Shown: positions 37,793-47,444 of the stretch, piece after piece | Layout of the letters: each line of letters opens with the position of its first letter | How positions within the stretch are numbered: the stretch's first letter is position 1 | NCBI GenBank assembly: GCA_002441005.1 | Contig: DJWO01000014.1 | Location: forward strand, 328,130 to 392,129 | Direction of reading: 5' to 3' | DNA length: 64,000 nt | DNA from: Candidatus Aminicenantes bacterium UBA6228 | GTDB lineage: Bacteria > Acidobacteriota > Aminicenantia > Aminicenantales > Saccharicenantaceae | The notes under the pieces: generated by a model | What the model saw: the letters and a program-made list of their open reading frames with translations, nothing else | Told to the model about the DNA's origin: nothing | The model's database searches: none | Translations under genes and position numbers: made by a program

Positions 37793-38740
37793 ATGAAAGC
37801 CAATAAACTTTACCAGGCGGCCGAAAGGGCCATTGTCCAATCACTTAAAATAAAGGCTGGAGAAAATTTTTTGCTGGTCACTGACCGGCAAAAAATGGAA
37901 ATAGCTGAAGCTCTGGCTTTTTACGCCAAAAAAACCGGAGCCGAAACAACCACCTACCTGATGACCGAGACCCTGCGGCCAATCACCGGTCCGACTAAAC
38001 TCTTCAAGCTTTTAACCGAAAAAGCTCAGGTCATCGTTTATCTCCTTGACACCAGAATTGAGGAGAAGCCCTTCCGGAGTTTTATGGTCAGCCAGGGGAG
38101 AAAATACGGCCGGATATGTATGATGCCCGGTATTACCAGGGACATGATGGAAAGGCTGGTCAATATTGACTTTACCAAAATGAATGCCTTTACCAATAAA
38201 GTTATCCGGGCCATGAAAGATGCTGACCGGGTAATAATTGAAAATGAAGACGGGACTAACATCAGTTTCAGCGTCAAGGGACGAAGATGGGATAACGATA
38301 ACGGCGATATCAGTCAAAAGGGGCAGCACGGAAATCTGCCTGCCGGCGAAGCTTTTACCTGCCCGGTTGAGAAAACCTTCAGTGGAAAACTGGTTATCAG
38401 CCTGATTGATGATAAAGTTGGCCGCGGTGAAATGGAATTTAAAGAAGGCCGGCTCGTCCGCTATAAAGGCAAAGGAATTGAAGCCATAGTCAAAAATATC
38501 GGCTCGGATCAAACTGGCCTGATGATCGGCGAGTTTGGGATTGGCACCAATCCTGGAGCCCGGATCTGTCCCAATATGCTGGAGGCGGAAAAAGCTTTTG
38601 GAACAGTTCATTTTGCCATTGGCGACTCTTATGGAATCGGCCAGAATAAGAGCCAGCACCACTATGATGCTTTAATAGATAAAGCCACGATTATTGCCAA
38701 AGGCAAATACCTGGCCAAAAATGGGAAATATTTGATCTAA
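37793..38740 (+). CDS. Aminopeptidase, M29 (aminopeptidase T/AmpS-like) family, short form
   Basis: The N-terminus MKANKLYQAAERAIVQSLKIKAGENFLLVTD resembles M29 aminopeptidases. Length 315 aa. Confidence 0.45.
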   Translation: MKANKLYQAAERAIVQSLKIKAGENFLLVTDRQKMEIAEALAFYAKKTGAETTTYLMTETLRPITGPTKLFKLLTEKAQVIVYLLDTRIEEKPFRSFMVSQGRKYGRICMMPGITRDMMERLVNIDFTKMNAFTNKVIRAMKDADRVIIENEDGTNISFSVKGRRWDNDNGDISQKGQHGNLPAGEAFTCPVEKTFSGKLVISLIDDKVGRGEMEFKEGRLVRYKGKGIEAIVKNIGSDQTGLMIGEFGIGTNPGARICPNMLEAEKAFGTVHFAIGDSYGIGQNKSQHHYDALIDKATIIAKGKYLAKNGKYLI

Positions 38741-39048
38741 AAAGTAAATATTTGTTTCCGCCTGTTCTGACCGGTGTCAACGGGTGTTAACCAGGCGGTT
38801 ACTACCGGCTAAGCGCACCCCAACCCAGAGCGATATGTTTTTCTATCATCTTGTTTTTGACTGCCGGAAAGAATGGCCTGCAGTCTGGTGAGAAATTTAT
38901 CGACCTTCTCCGTCCTTTTATATTGATGATCACCATTTATAAACCTCGGTTATTATTTTTTTGCCTGTCTATGATTTCTCTTAATTAGCCGATTGTCTCG
39001 GGCCCGGCCTTTTGGCCCGATTCTTGCTGATTTAGAAGTTGAGAGGAG

Positions 39049-39279
39049 ATGGCCATGAAAAAACTCACTTCGCTAACACTGTCACTTATTTTTATCCTGT
39101 CTATTTTCCTCGTTCTTCCTCCAGCTTCTCAGGCCAGCATTTCTATTGGTAATTGTGACGAGAACTGGCAGAAATGCCGGTCGAGAGCCTTGCAGTCTGA
39201 CGATGGGTTTATCAAGACAACTCTATCTCTGGCTGCCTGCGATCTCGACCATGTCAGGTGCCTGGTGATTTTTAGCTGA
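39049..39279 (+). CDS. Small secreted cysteine-containing protein (family member A)
   Basis: 76 aa with a signal peptide (cleavage about ASQA|S). The mature roughly 47 aa carry 4 Cys. It is a paralogue of the ORF at 44423-44674. Confidence 0.5.
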   Translation: MAMKKLTSLTLSLIFILSIFLVLPPASQASISIGNCDENWQKCRSRALQSDDGFIKTTLSLAACDLDHVRCLVIFS

Positions 39280-39285
39280 AGACAT

Positions 39286-39320
39286 CCAGAGCCCCGGTTG
39301 CCTGACGGCCGGGGCTCTGG
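39286..39320 (+). terminator. Stem-loop (12-bp perfect GC-rich stem CCAGAGCCCCGG / CCGGGGCTCTGG, 11-nt loop) immediately after the small ORF
   Basis: Seen directly in the sequence. There is no clear U-tract, so it is a terminator or RNA-stability hairpin. Confidence 0.45.
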
Positions 39321-39354
39321 CTTATCAAATCAAATAAGATGGGAGGTAAATTCA

Positions 39355-40338
39355 ATGAAAAAATTATCCGGGTTGTTTTTAATGGTGATGTGCCTGTTGA
39401 TGAGCGCAGGCAGGAGCTGGCTGGGGGCTCAAGCCATAACTCACTATACGGCCACGGAATTAGAATTAAAGGAAGCAATTGAACATCCCTTCTTTTACCG
39501 GCCGGTGTCAATGGTTCTCGATGGGCAAGAACTATATTTGCTGGAAAGCGGAGACAACAGAATCCAGGTCTTTAACCTGGATGGCAGGTGGTTGAGGAAT
39601 ATTGGAAGGAAAGGTAATGGTCCGGGAGAATTTGATTCCCCTTCCGGCCTGGATGCCTCCGGCCAGCAAATTTATGTGGCCGATACCTTTAATAGCCGGA
39701 TTCAAATCTTCAATAAAGGCGGTCAGAACACCTCGGCTTTTAAAGTTCTCTTTTTCCCCGATAACCTTGTCTGGCTTAATGACGAAGTCCTGGCTATCTC
39801 TTCTTTAGTCAGAAATTTAGATGGCCCGGAAAAAATGATCTATGGCTATAAGACTGATGGCACCAGGCTGTGGGCCATCGTTGACTCTCAGGCTTCTGGT
39901 GACCGGATTTATGATACTTTCTGTAATCAGATATTCTTAAGGAGAGGGCAGCCTGGTATTTTTTATGTTATCTGGAAGACTAATAAAAAATACATTCTAA
40001 AAATTGACCGGCAAGGGCAGATTTTAAAGAAGATTAATTTGAGTTCAGATTATCCGGTTAAAACTATTAATCTGCCCGGAAAAGAAAAACGAGTCCTGGA
40101 AGGAATCTGCTGGAATGCAGGCTATTTTAATCAGAACTTTTATCTGATCGCCCTGGAAGAGATGGAAAATAAGGATGTGGGACCTGGGAAAAAAGTCCTG
40201 ATCATAAATGAAGAGGGAAAATTAACCGGGATAATTGACTTCCCCCTGGTTATCAAAAAACTGGTGATCAGTGACGATCGAATTTATGCTCTTGATACTG
40301 AAGATGAACTTCATCTTTTCAAGCTTAATCCAAAATGA
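39355..40338 (+). CDS. NHL-repeat six-bladed beta-propeller protein, secreted
   Basis: Signal peptide MKKLSGLFLMVMCLLMSA. NHL repeats: GNGPGEFDSPSGLDASGQQIYVADTFNSRIQIFN. I prefer the ATG at 39355 (RBS GGGAGG) over the track start at 39298. Confidence 0.75.
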   Translation: MKKLSGLFLMVMCLLMSAGRSWLGAQAITHYTATELELKEAIEHPFFYRPVSMVLDGQELYLLESGDNRIQVFNLDGRWLRNIGRKGNGPGEFDSPSGLDASGQQIYVADTFNSRIQIFNKGGQNTSAFKVLFFPDNLVWLNDEVLAISSLVRNLDGPEKMIYGYKTDGTRLWAIVDSQASGDRIYDTFCNQIFLRRGQPGIFYVIWKTNKKYILKIDRQGQILKKINLSSDYPVKTINLPGKEKRVLEGICWNAGYFNQNFYLIALEEMENKDVGPGKKVLIINEEGKLTGIIDFPLVIKKLVISDDRIYALDTEDELHLFKLNPK

Positions 40339-40850
40339 ACTATAAAATAACAGGCTGCTTAATTTTGGGTTTGATCCTGTGCTGGTCAGTAGGTTTACTG
40401 CTATCTCCAGACTTTATTTATGGACAGCAGCTGGTAGCTCAACATCTTTCCCAGCCGACGGCCAGGATCTATTCTTCCCTGGAAGAAGCGATTGGGAATT
40501 CATCTCAACCGGTAGTGCTGGTTTTCTTCTCCTTAGCCTGTTATGTTTGCTGGGATGAGCTATTTGAGATGAAGGAATTTATAGAGAAGTTTTCCCTGCC
40601 GGTGCTGCTGGTAGGAGTTTCCACCGATGAAAGCGAAGAACTAAAAGCCTTTGCTGCCCGCTATTCCTTCCAGTACCCGATTGTCCGGGATGAAGAGAAA
40701 AAACTCTACCGGCAATACCAGGTCAGGCTTGAGCCTGACCGTCTAATCCTGGTCAGAAACCAGGCAGTCTACCGGGATGATAGCCTGCTTGATTATTCGT
40801 TAAGAAGAGAAAAGGTCAAGAATTTTCTTTTTGGACTAATCTCGCCCTGA
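40335..40850 (+). CDS. Thioredoxin-fold thiol-disulfide oxidoreductase (TlpA/redoxin-like), secreted
   Basis: Signal peptide, a CxxC motif (CYVCWDE) and an AhpC/TSA-like fold. It is translationally coupled to the NHL gene. Confidence 0.6.
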   Translation: MNYKITGCLILGLILCWSVGLLLSPDFIYGQQLVAQHLSQPTARIYSSLEEAIGNSSQPVVLVFFSLACYVCWDELFEMKEFIEKFSLPVLLVGVSTDESEELKAFAARYSFQYPIVRDEEKKLYRQYQVRLEPDRLILVRNQAVYRDDSLLDYSLRREKVKNFLFGLISP

Positions 40851-40874
40851 ATTAGACGCTTATTCACTTTTCCA

Positions 40875-41000
40875 TTTGGAAGGTTGGAAACCACTGGACT
40901 GACGGCCCGGGCTGATCAGCTGAATGAGCCTGTTTGAATTTTCCTGGCCGCTGGCCAGAAGATAGCCTGTTTAAGTCCGGTTCAAATTGCCTTATTTAAA
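40875..41000 (+). promoter_or_regulatory. Candidate cobalamin (B12) riboswitch in the 290-nt leader of the TonB-dependent receptor gene
   Basis: GGAAGGTTGGAAACCACTGGACTGACGGCCCGGGCTGA partially matches the cobalamin-riboswitch core (GGGAA...GGTG.AA.TCC...GC.G.CCCGC..CTG). GCCAGAAGATAGCCTG (40953-40968) partially matches the B12 box (GYCMGGAAGACCTGCC). The match is imperfect. Confidence 0.3.
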
Positions 41001-41146
41001 GCCTAATAGCGGTTGATTTTTTCCCCGGGATGTATTATAAAGATTCTTACTCCGAGTCGGCTAAGCTAAAGCCAGCGGCCAGGCTGACCGACCGTCAGGG
41101 TAAAGCCGGAAACGGTTTTGCCTCCCAGTTGGAAAGGAGAATTAAG

Positions 41147-43087
41147 ATGCGCGTCTCAAAAAATTTTCCAGGATTTTTATTGTTCTGCCTCACCTTCTTA
41201 TTATCATTTTCATTGATTACAGTCATTGCCTTGGCTCAGGAAAATACTGATCAGGAAAAGAAGAAGGAAAAAGAAGAGAAACCGGTCAGGATTAAAACCG
41301 AAGAAATTATGGTCACGGCCAGTGCTCCCCAGGAAAAACCTTTAGCCACGGTTTCGACTATTGAACCTCAGACTATCAAGTTGCTTAAAACAAAAAATAT
41401 TTCTGAAGTACTATCATTTGTTCCCGGAACTCATGTTACCGTTGGGGCTAAAGCCGAGTCTCACATTAAGATAAGAGGACTGGATAATGATAAATCGACC
41501 CTCCTGCTTGATGGTATCCCGGTTTACGAGCCTTATTATAACCTTTACGATTTAAAGACCGTGCCCAGCGAGGACATTGAGTCTATTCAGATTACCAAGG
41601 GTTCTTCTTCTATTCTCTATGGAGCCAATACCATGGGTGGAATAGTGGAAGTCCTGACCCGCCGGCCAGAAAAGACTTCTCTCGAGCTAAACTCCAGATT
41701 CAGTCAAAACTCTTCCTTTGATTTTTCGGGAACGGGTTCATACTATAGTCCGAAATTTGCCTTTAAACTGTCAGCTCTTCACAATGAAACTCAGGGTTAT
41801 GATTACCGCCAATCAGGTGCTGATTTATCTCTCCCCAATTCAGATTACAAAAATAATTTTTTCAACGGAAAATTTTATTTTTATCCCAGCCAGAAAAGCG
41901 AAATTCTATTTCAGGCTTCTTATTATGACTCATCTTATGGTATTCCACCGGCCACTGAATATTACTCTCCCCGTTACTGGCGCTTTAAAGATTGGGAGAG
42001 GTCGGTCATTGGCCTGGGTGGGACTTTTCCCCTGTTCAAAACAGGCACCATCAAAATCAGAACTTATTATGTAAAATTTTATAATGTCCTGGATGCTTAT
42101 ACTGATTCAACCATGAGTGCCCTCAACTGGGAATCCATTTATGATAATTACGAAACCGGGGCTTTTATCCTGGGCGCTTTCAGCCTGAGTAAAAATAATG
42201 ATTTACGTTTCAGCCTTAATGGCCGGTATGAACACGTCGAACAACAAGGTTCAGCTACCTCACCCTGGGAATTATATAAGCACCATGTCTATTCGGCCGG
42301 AATAGAGGATGAATGGCGGCTGACTTCCAGATGGACCTTGATTGGCGGCCTGAGCTTTGACTATCTCAAAAAACAGGAAGGCCAGGAAAAAACCTCTGTT
42401 AATCCTATCGCCGGGATAAAATTTAAGCTGACGGAAGAAGCTAACCTTCATTTTTCCTTTTCCCGAAAATCACGTTTCCCCTCGATGCGTTCCCTTTACA
42501 GTACCACCAGCGGTAACCCCGATCTTAAAGACGAAACAGGCACTTCCTTCGAGCTTGGAGCTGACTATTCGGGCTGGTTAACTGGCGGTTTAACCGGTTT
42601 CACCTCTGACTATAAGGATCTGATTTACGTTATTCGCCAGCCTGATGGAACTAAGAAATATATCAACGTCGGGGAAGCCCGGATTAGAGGCTTTGAGACT
42701 TATCTATCCAAGAGCATCAAACATTTTAATTTTCAGGTCAATTACACCTACCTTGATGCTAAAAACCTGACTGATAACCGGCTGCTTGACCTGGTCCCAG
42801 AGTCTGAAGCCAGTTTGCTGGCCAGTTATCTGATGCCGGAAAACTTCAGCCTGACCCTCTGGGTTCTGATGGCTTCCAGGTCAGAAATATTAATCAGTTC
42901 CAGTACGGTTCCCGTGCCGGGCTATACAGTCGCTAACCTTTCCCTGGAAAAATATTTAAGGGGAGGTTCATTGTTCATTAAAGTAGAGAATCTGTTTAAC
43001 AAAGCTTATTACACCGAGCCCGGTTATCCTTCTACCAGCCGGCGGTTTGAAGCCGGATTTACTTTCCGGGTTGGTCCGGCTGATTGA
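41147..43087 (+). CDS. TonB-dependent outer-membrane receptor
   Basis: Signal peptide, plug domain (LDGIPVYEPYY..., IQITKGSSSILYGANTMGGIVEV) and a C-terminal beta-barrel ending in an aromatic residue. The true start is the ATG at 41147 (RBS GGAAAGGAG), not 41030. Confidence 0.85.
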   Translation: MRVSKNFPGFLLFCLTFLLSFSLITVIALAQENTDQEKKKEKEEKPVRIKTEEIMVTASAPQEKPLATVSTIEPQTIKLLKTKNISEVLSFVPGTHVTVGAKAESHIKIRGLDNDKSTLLLDGIPVYEPYYNLYDLKTVPSEDIESIQITKGSSSILYGANTMGGIVEVLTRRPEKTSLELNSRFSQNSSFDFSGTGSYYSPKFAFKLSALHNETQGYDYRQSGADLSLPNSDYKNNFFNGKFYFYPSQKSEILFQASYYDSSYGIPPATEYYSPRYWRFKDWERSVIGLGGTFPLFKTGTIKIRTYYVKFYNVLDAYTDSTMSALNWESIYDNYETGAFILGAFSLSKNNDLRFSLNGRYEHVEQQGSATSPWELYKHHVYSAGIEDEWRLTSRWTLIGGLSFDYLKKQEGQEKTSVNPIAGIKFKLTEEANLHFSFSRKSRFPSMRSLYSTTSGNPDLKDETGTSFELGADYSGWLTGGLTGFTSDYKDLIYVIRQPDGTKKYINVGEARIRGFETYLSKSIKHFNFQVNYTYLDAKNLTDNRLLDLVPESEASLLASYLMPENFSLTLWVLMASRSEILISSSTVPVPGYTVANLSLEKYLRGGSLFIKVENLFNKAYYTEPGYPSTSRRFEAGFTFRVGPAD

Positions 43088-43125
43088 ATCAGTCATCAAG
43101 TCTAAAAAGGCCAAGGAGGAGTTAA

Positions 43126-44172
43126 ATGAAAAAGACTCGAGCTAAGACTAAGATATGGGGCCTGATCGGGCTATTGCTCTTCGGGTTTTATTTCTATAGC
43201 CCGGCAGCCGGTCAGAATAAAAAGCCGGTAGAAAACAATGATTTTTATGATAATGTTCCCCTGACCGGGCTGCCTCTGAACAGTATCGAGATAGCTGGCG
43301 AAGTAGCCTCACCAGGAATGTTTAAGCTCAAAGGGCTGCCTCTGCACCAGGTTATGGTCAGGGAAGCAGTCTTAGAGGGCGGTCAGACCAGGTTTATCGG
43401 GGCTTATGTTTACCAGGGCTATTCGCTGTTTGATATCCTTAAAGACCAGATCCTGGCTAAGAAAAATCAAGAACAATTTAGTTCTCCGATTGACCTGATG
43501 GTCATAGTTGAAAATAAAAAAGGCGAAAAGGTGCTTTTTAGCTGGGGAGAAATATTTTATCCGGCCGTTCTTCACCGTTTAATACTGGCTGTTAAGGTGG
43601 CTCCGATTATTCCCTCTTCGACCGGTGAGACCTGGCCGCTACCCGCCAATCCCAAGCTGGTGGCGGCTAATGATCTTTTCGCCGAACGGAATCTGGACAG
43701 CCCGGTTAGAATCACGGTTAAGTCTTTTGCTGCGCCCATAGCCACAGAAAAAGGTAAAACTCCTTTATATTCACCGGGCATAAATATTTATGTTAAAGGG
43801 GAAGAAAAAGGCAGTCTGGACAAACTGCCTCAGGATCTCACTCCTTTAAATCTGCCAGCTGTCTTTTTCGGGCGCGGCCAGGGCTTCCATGGTGTTAATT
43901 ATTTTCAAGGGGTTCCACTCCGGCTGATACTGGAAAAGTTCACTGGCTCCCAACCCCTGAACTTTAAAACAGCTTATCTGGCCATTATTGGTGATGACGG
44001 TTACCGGGCTATTTATTCAACTTCAGAAATATTTAATAGAAATGATAACCAGGAGACGATTATCTGCGACCGCGGTCAGAAAAATGGCGGCCGTTTTTCT
44101 CTCTTCTCCATAGGTGATTTTTTCTCGGACCGGGCGGTCAAGGCCATAAAAGAAATCTGGCTGGCGGAGTAA
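43126..44172 (+). CDS. Secreted/lipoprotein partner of the TonB-dependent receptor (hypothetical)
   Basis: 348 aa with a signal peptide and RBS AAGGAGG. I recognise no domain. It is co-oriented 38 bp downstream of the receptor. Confidence 0.4.
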   Translation: MKKTRAKTKIWGLIGLLLFGFYFYSPAAGQNKKPVENNDFYDNVPLTGLPLNSIEIAGEVASPGMFKLKGLPLHQVMVREAVLEGGQTRFIGAYVYQGYSLFDILKDQILAKKNQEQFSSPIDLMVIVENKKGEKVLFSWGEIFYPAVLHRLILAVKVAPIIPSSTGETWPLPANPKLVAANDLFAERNLDSPVRITVKSFAAPIATEKGKTPLYSPGINIYVKGEEKGSLDKLPQDLTPLNLPAVFFGRGQGFHGVNYFQGVPLRLILEKFTGSQPLNFKTAYLAIIGDDGYRAIYSTSEIFNRNDNQETIICDRGQKNGGRFSLFSIGDFFSDRAVKAIKEIWLAE

Positions 44173-44422
44173 ATCCCAAGCTCAAGCCACCTTCTACCTG
44201 GTCTTTTCTGGCAGCTAAGGTCAGCTTTTGTTGACGGTTTTTTGGCGCTTGCCAAGATTACTTGACTTACAACTGGCCAGCTGCCAAGGTTATCTGATCT
44301 AAAATCTTCAAGCCTGAAATAAGTTTTCAGGGAAAAAACAGTTTATATTTCTTAAGGCACTCGATTATCGTTCTTCGTCTATCTCCTGGCCCGAAACTTG
44401 CTCCAGATCAGGTTGAAAGGAG

Positions 44423-44674
44423 ATGGAGATGAAAAATAAGAAGAGTTTAGTCGCCATTCTGTTATTAACCCTGGTTATTTCTTTTTTCTGGCTCGAACCA
44501 GCCAGAGGCGAAGCCAGTCTGGCCACTGATCCCTATCGCCAGTTTCTCGAGTCCTGTCTTGCCCGGGCCCTGGCTGCTGACCAGAGCATAATTGCTACGG
44601 CCGTGGCTCTGGCGGCCTGCCAGGCCAGCTATGAGGCCCTTTACCTGGTAAATTATACCTACTGGTGGTTTTAG
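44423..44674 (+). CDS. Small secreted cysteine-containing protein (family member B)
   Basis: 83 aa with a signal peptide. The region CLARALAADQSIIATAVALAACQASYEALYL aligns with CRSRALQSDDGFIKTTLSLAACDLDHVRCL of the ORF at 39049-39279. Confidence 0.5.
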   Translation: MEMKNKKSLVAILLLTLVISFFWLEPARGEASLATDPYRQFLESCLARALAADQSIIATAVALAACQASYEALYLVNYTYWWF

Positions 44675-44686
44675 ATAAGAAGTATT

Positions 44687-47143
44687 TTAAAGTTTTTTCA
44701 GCAGGTAAAGACAATACGGTTCGGCTTGAAAAGTGGCTACCTGATTTTTCAGCTCAAATTGGACTGGATTGGCAGTGGCCGTTTTCTCACCGGTAAAATA
44801 ACTGTTAATCTTACCAAGTTTGACCACTTCCAGACTTTGCCAGTCAGCTGGCAAATGAACCACGGCCGGCCAGGAAGCTCCAGTCGGGTTGACCAGTCTG
44901 ATCCGGCCTTCTCCATCCAGGATCTCCTGCAGGTCGAAATGCTCCACCCGCACTCCCTGTTCAAAAGCCTTTAGATAAGGAATTTCAAACAGATTAGAAA
45001 CAATGACCAGGCCGTCATCATCTTCATAAAACTGTTTCAGGTAAGTATTATAATGACCGCAGAATTCAAATTTGCCGCCAGTTGCCTCTTTCATTTTCTG
45101 ATTAGCTTGAAGCGTATGCCACAGGAGCTGATGGCTGTAATCCAGATAAATTTGTTGGCCGGTGTGTTTGTAACCGGCGACTAAAGCTTCCATAAGCCAG
45201 GGAATGTAAGTTGGAGCCGTGCTGACTGAAGAATCAGTGCCGGTGGTTGGCTCACCAAACTGGCCTGTCCAGTCACCATCCTTTCGGGCCACTCCGCCCT
45301 TGAGCCAGGAGTTTTCTCCTTCAAACTTATCCAGATGAATAAAGGACATCAACATGGCTTCAAGGATCTTAGTGCCGTTTTCCCGCCATTTCTCCTCACC
45401 GGTATAATCGAAAAGCCGGTACAGCTCTTTAGCCGCAAAGGCATAGACATTAACTGACGGCTCTCCGGCATGATCTTCCAGCAGCAAGCCATAATTGTCC
45501 AGGACCTGCAGTTGATTGTTCATGGCCTCGACCGCTCTATCTAAATATTTTTTATCGCCGGTAAAAGCATAGGCATTAAGCATGACATCCAGGCCAAATT
45601 CACAGGCATCAAAAGTATTCAGATCGTCCTTCCAGATGAGTTTGGGCGGCTTAGCCTTCGGATCAACTACGCCCCGCCAGTACCAGCGCCCGCCTTGCTC
45701 ATTCCACATCAAGCCTGAATAGACCTTCTCAAAGTTAAGAAGCAAAGCCGCTTTTAAAGCCGGATCTTCAGTCAAGGGATACTCAGCCAGTAGTGACTCG
45801 ACGTTATAAGGCTGAGACCAGAGAAAACACTGCCGCTGTTTTCCCTCCACGGTTTGATCCATGAAATAACCATAAAAAGGATGGTCAGGCGAGTTCCAGC
45901 GCATTTTCTCCAGATAATAGCGGTTAGCCTTGATGGTGTAGTTCAGCCAGGTCTTATCGCCGGTGGCATAAAACATGGTCATAAAGGCTTTGCCGGTCAT
46001 TTCGTTGTGCCAGTCATTAGTCGGCCATTCATAAGCATGATAAACCCAGCCCTCTTTGGTAATTGTCCTGGAAACATTTTTTACCAGATAGTTTTCCAGT
46101 TCATCCAGATTGACGCGGTCAAAAGTCAGGCCATTCTGTTTTAAATAGCCATCGTAGCGGGAGTAAATGTCCTGATCAGAAAAAGTGGCTACCAGCTTAA
46201 ACCCGGCTTCAGCCTGTGGTTTTATCCTGGCCGCTTTCCAGACAAATAAGCCCTGCTGATGAAGCAGCCACCAGCCGCCGGTAAAATAATTACTTTTTGT
46301 ATCGCGTTTAATTTTCCAGGGAAGCTGACCGGAGGCAGCCAGGCCTTCGCCACTGACGGTAAAAGTAAAATGATCCGTAAATCCCAGAGGCTCTATCTGC
46401 CGGCAGGAGAGAAGCTCTTTTGGCCCGAAGCTGGTATCAATGATCCTGTTGGCCGGCAAGGTCAGTAAATTTATGTAGCTAATTTCCTCCTGGCTGTTAT
46501 TTATCACCTGGTGATCAAAAAATAGCTGGCTTCCCTCTAAACTGATTTCAAGCCGGTGACTCAACCTGCCACCCTTGTCAGCCGACAGGACCAGCACCTG
46601 ACCTTTCCCCTTCTTCTTGGCTACTTCATGCCGTTCAAAATAAACATACCACTTATAAGAGGGGTTAATCTCTGACTCCCTGGCATTCCACATGGACAGA
46701 AAAGCATTATCGGGATAGCTTTCTGGCTGGCCAACCAGACCGATGACATCGTTCGAACTGAGGGTCGGATAGATTTCTTTAGCCTTTTCCCAGCCCAGGT
46801 AGCGATAACAGATTTCGTTCCGGTAGCGGAGCTCTTGCAGATAATAACCGTTCCAGCGCGGATCAAGATCGCGCTTTTCTGGCGGAGTTTCAAAAGGATT
46901 TAAAGCTTCCTGCCCCTGCCAGACATCAACATAATCAAGCCGGAGATAGATCAGGCTGTTAGAAATCTCTAAAACATCTCCAGGTGAATCCTGGCCGTTG
47001 TGATCGTGGTCGTTCCAGACGATATTAACCTGGTCAGTCTTGCTTAGGGGAGACAAAAGCAAGTAAAGCAACAGAGAAATAAAAATCAGGGCCAGAATAA
47101 AAATCAGACTGAACCACAGCCCTCTTTCCTGCTTGATATTCAT
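44687..47143 (-). CDS. Large N-terminally membrane-anchored extracytoplasmic protein, possibly an (alpha/alpha)-toroid polysaccharide lyase/hydrolase-like enzyme (hypothetical)
   Basis: 818 aa with a single N-terminal TM helix. The Trp/Tyr-rich composition is typical of glycan-active toroid folds. The functional call is weak. Confidence 0.3.
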   Translation of the reverse strand: MNIKQERGLWFSLIFILALIFISLLLYLLLSPLSKTDQVNIVWNDHDHNGQDSPGDVLEISNSLIYLRLDYVDVWQGQEALNPFETPPEKRDLDPRWNGYYLQELRYRNEICYRYLGWEKAKEIYPTLSSNDVIGLVGQPESYPDNAFLSMWNARESEINPSYKWYVYFERHEVAKKKGKGQVLVLSADKGGRLSHRLEISLEGSQLFFDHQVINNSQEEISYINLLTLPANRIIDTSFGPKELLSCRQIEPLGFTDHFTFTVSGEGLAASGQLPWKIKRDTKSNYFTGGWWLLHQQGLFVWKAARIKPQAEAGFKLVATFSDQDIYSRYDGYLKQNGLTFDRVNLDELENYLVKNVSRTITKEGWVYHAYEWPTNDWHNEMTGKAFMTMFYATGDKTWLNYTIKANRYYLEKMRWNSPDHPFYGYFMDQTVEGKQRQCFLWSQPYNVESLLAEYPLTEDPALKAALLLNFEKVYSGLMWNEQGGRWYWRGVVDPKAKPPKLIWKDDLNTFDACEFGLDVMLNAYAFTGDKKYLDRAVEAMNNQLQVLDNYGLLLEDHAGEPSVNVYAFAAKELYRLFDYTGEEKWRENGTKILEAMLMSFIHLDKFEGENSWLKGGVARKDGDWTGQFGEPTTGTDSSVSTAPTYIPWLMEALVAGYKHTGQQIYLDYSHQLLWHTLQANQKMKEATGGKFEFCGHYNTYLKQFYEDDDGLVIVSNLFEIPYLKAFEQGVRVEHFDLQEILDGEGRIRLVNPTGASWPAVVHLPADWQSLEVVKLGKINSYFTGEKTATANPVQFELKNQVATFQAEPYCLYLLKKL

Positions 47144-47444
47144 TTAAGCCTCCTCCCGAAAGAGTAAAGATTTATCAGCCCTTTTGATCTTGAAAGACCC
47201 CTCTCAATCCGCTTCAGGCCGCTTTCTCCTTTAGCTGGGGGGGCCGACAGTCGTGGCCTTAGTTCTTTAAGGGAAATATTTAACTCGGGACAGATTCAGT
47301 CTAATTAACTGCCACGGTCAAAGTCAAGGGATATCACTGGCCTCTGGCCCCCAGCTCACAACCGGCTGACTGCCCTCTGGCCAGGATAAAACCAACAGAG
47401 AAGGCTGTTTTTTCTGTATATTTATTTGTCTCTCAATCTTTTTT

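Noticed and set aside
38741-39048. Roughly 300-bp gene-free stretch after the M29 aminopeptidase, with short GC-rich palindromes (CCGCCTG...CAGGCGG; GGGCCCGGCC)
   Set aside because: No open reading frame was found, and no match to any RNA family I know. The hairpins are short and could be ordinary terminators.
41030-41146. N-terminal extension of the TonB-dependent receptor ORF (MYYKDSYSESAKLKPAARL...)
   Set aside because: It has no signal peptide. The in-frame ATG at 41147 has a strong RBS and is followed by a canonical signal peptide. The extension overlaps the putative riboswitch leader.
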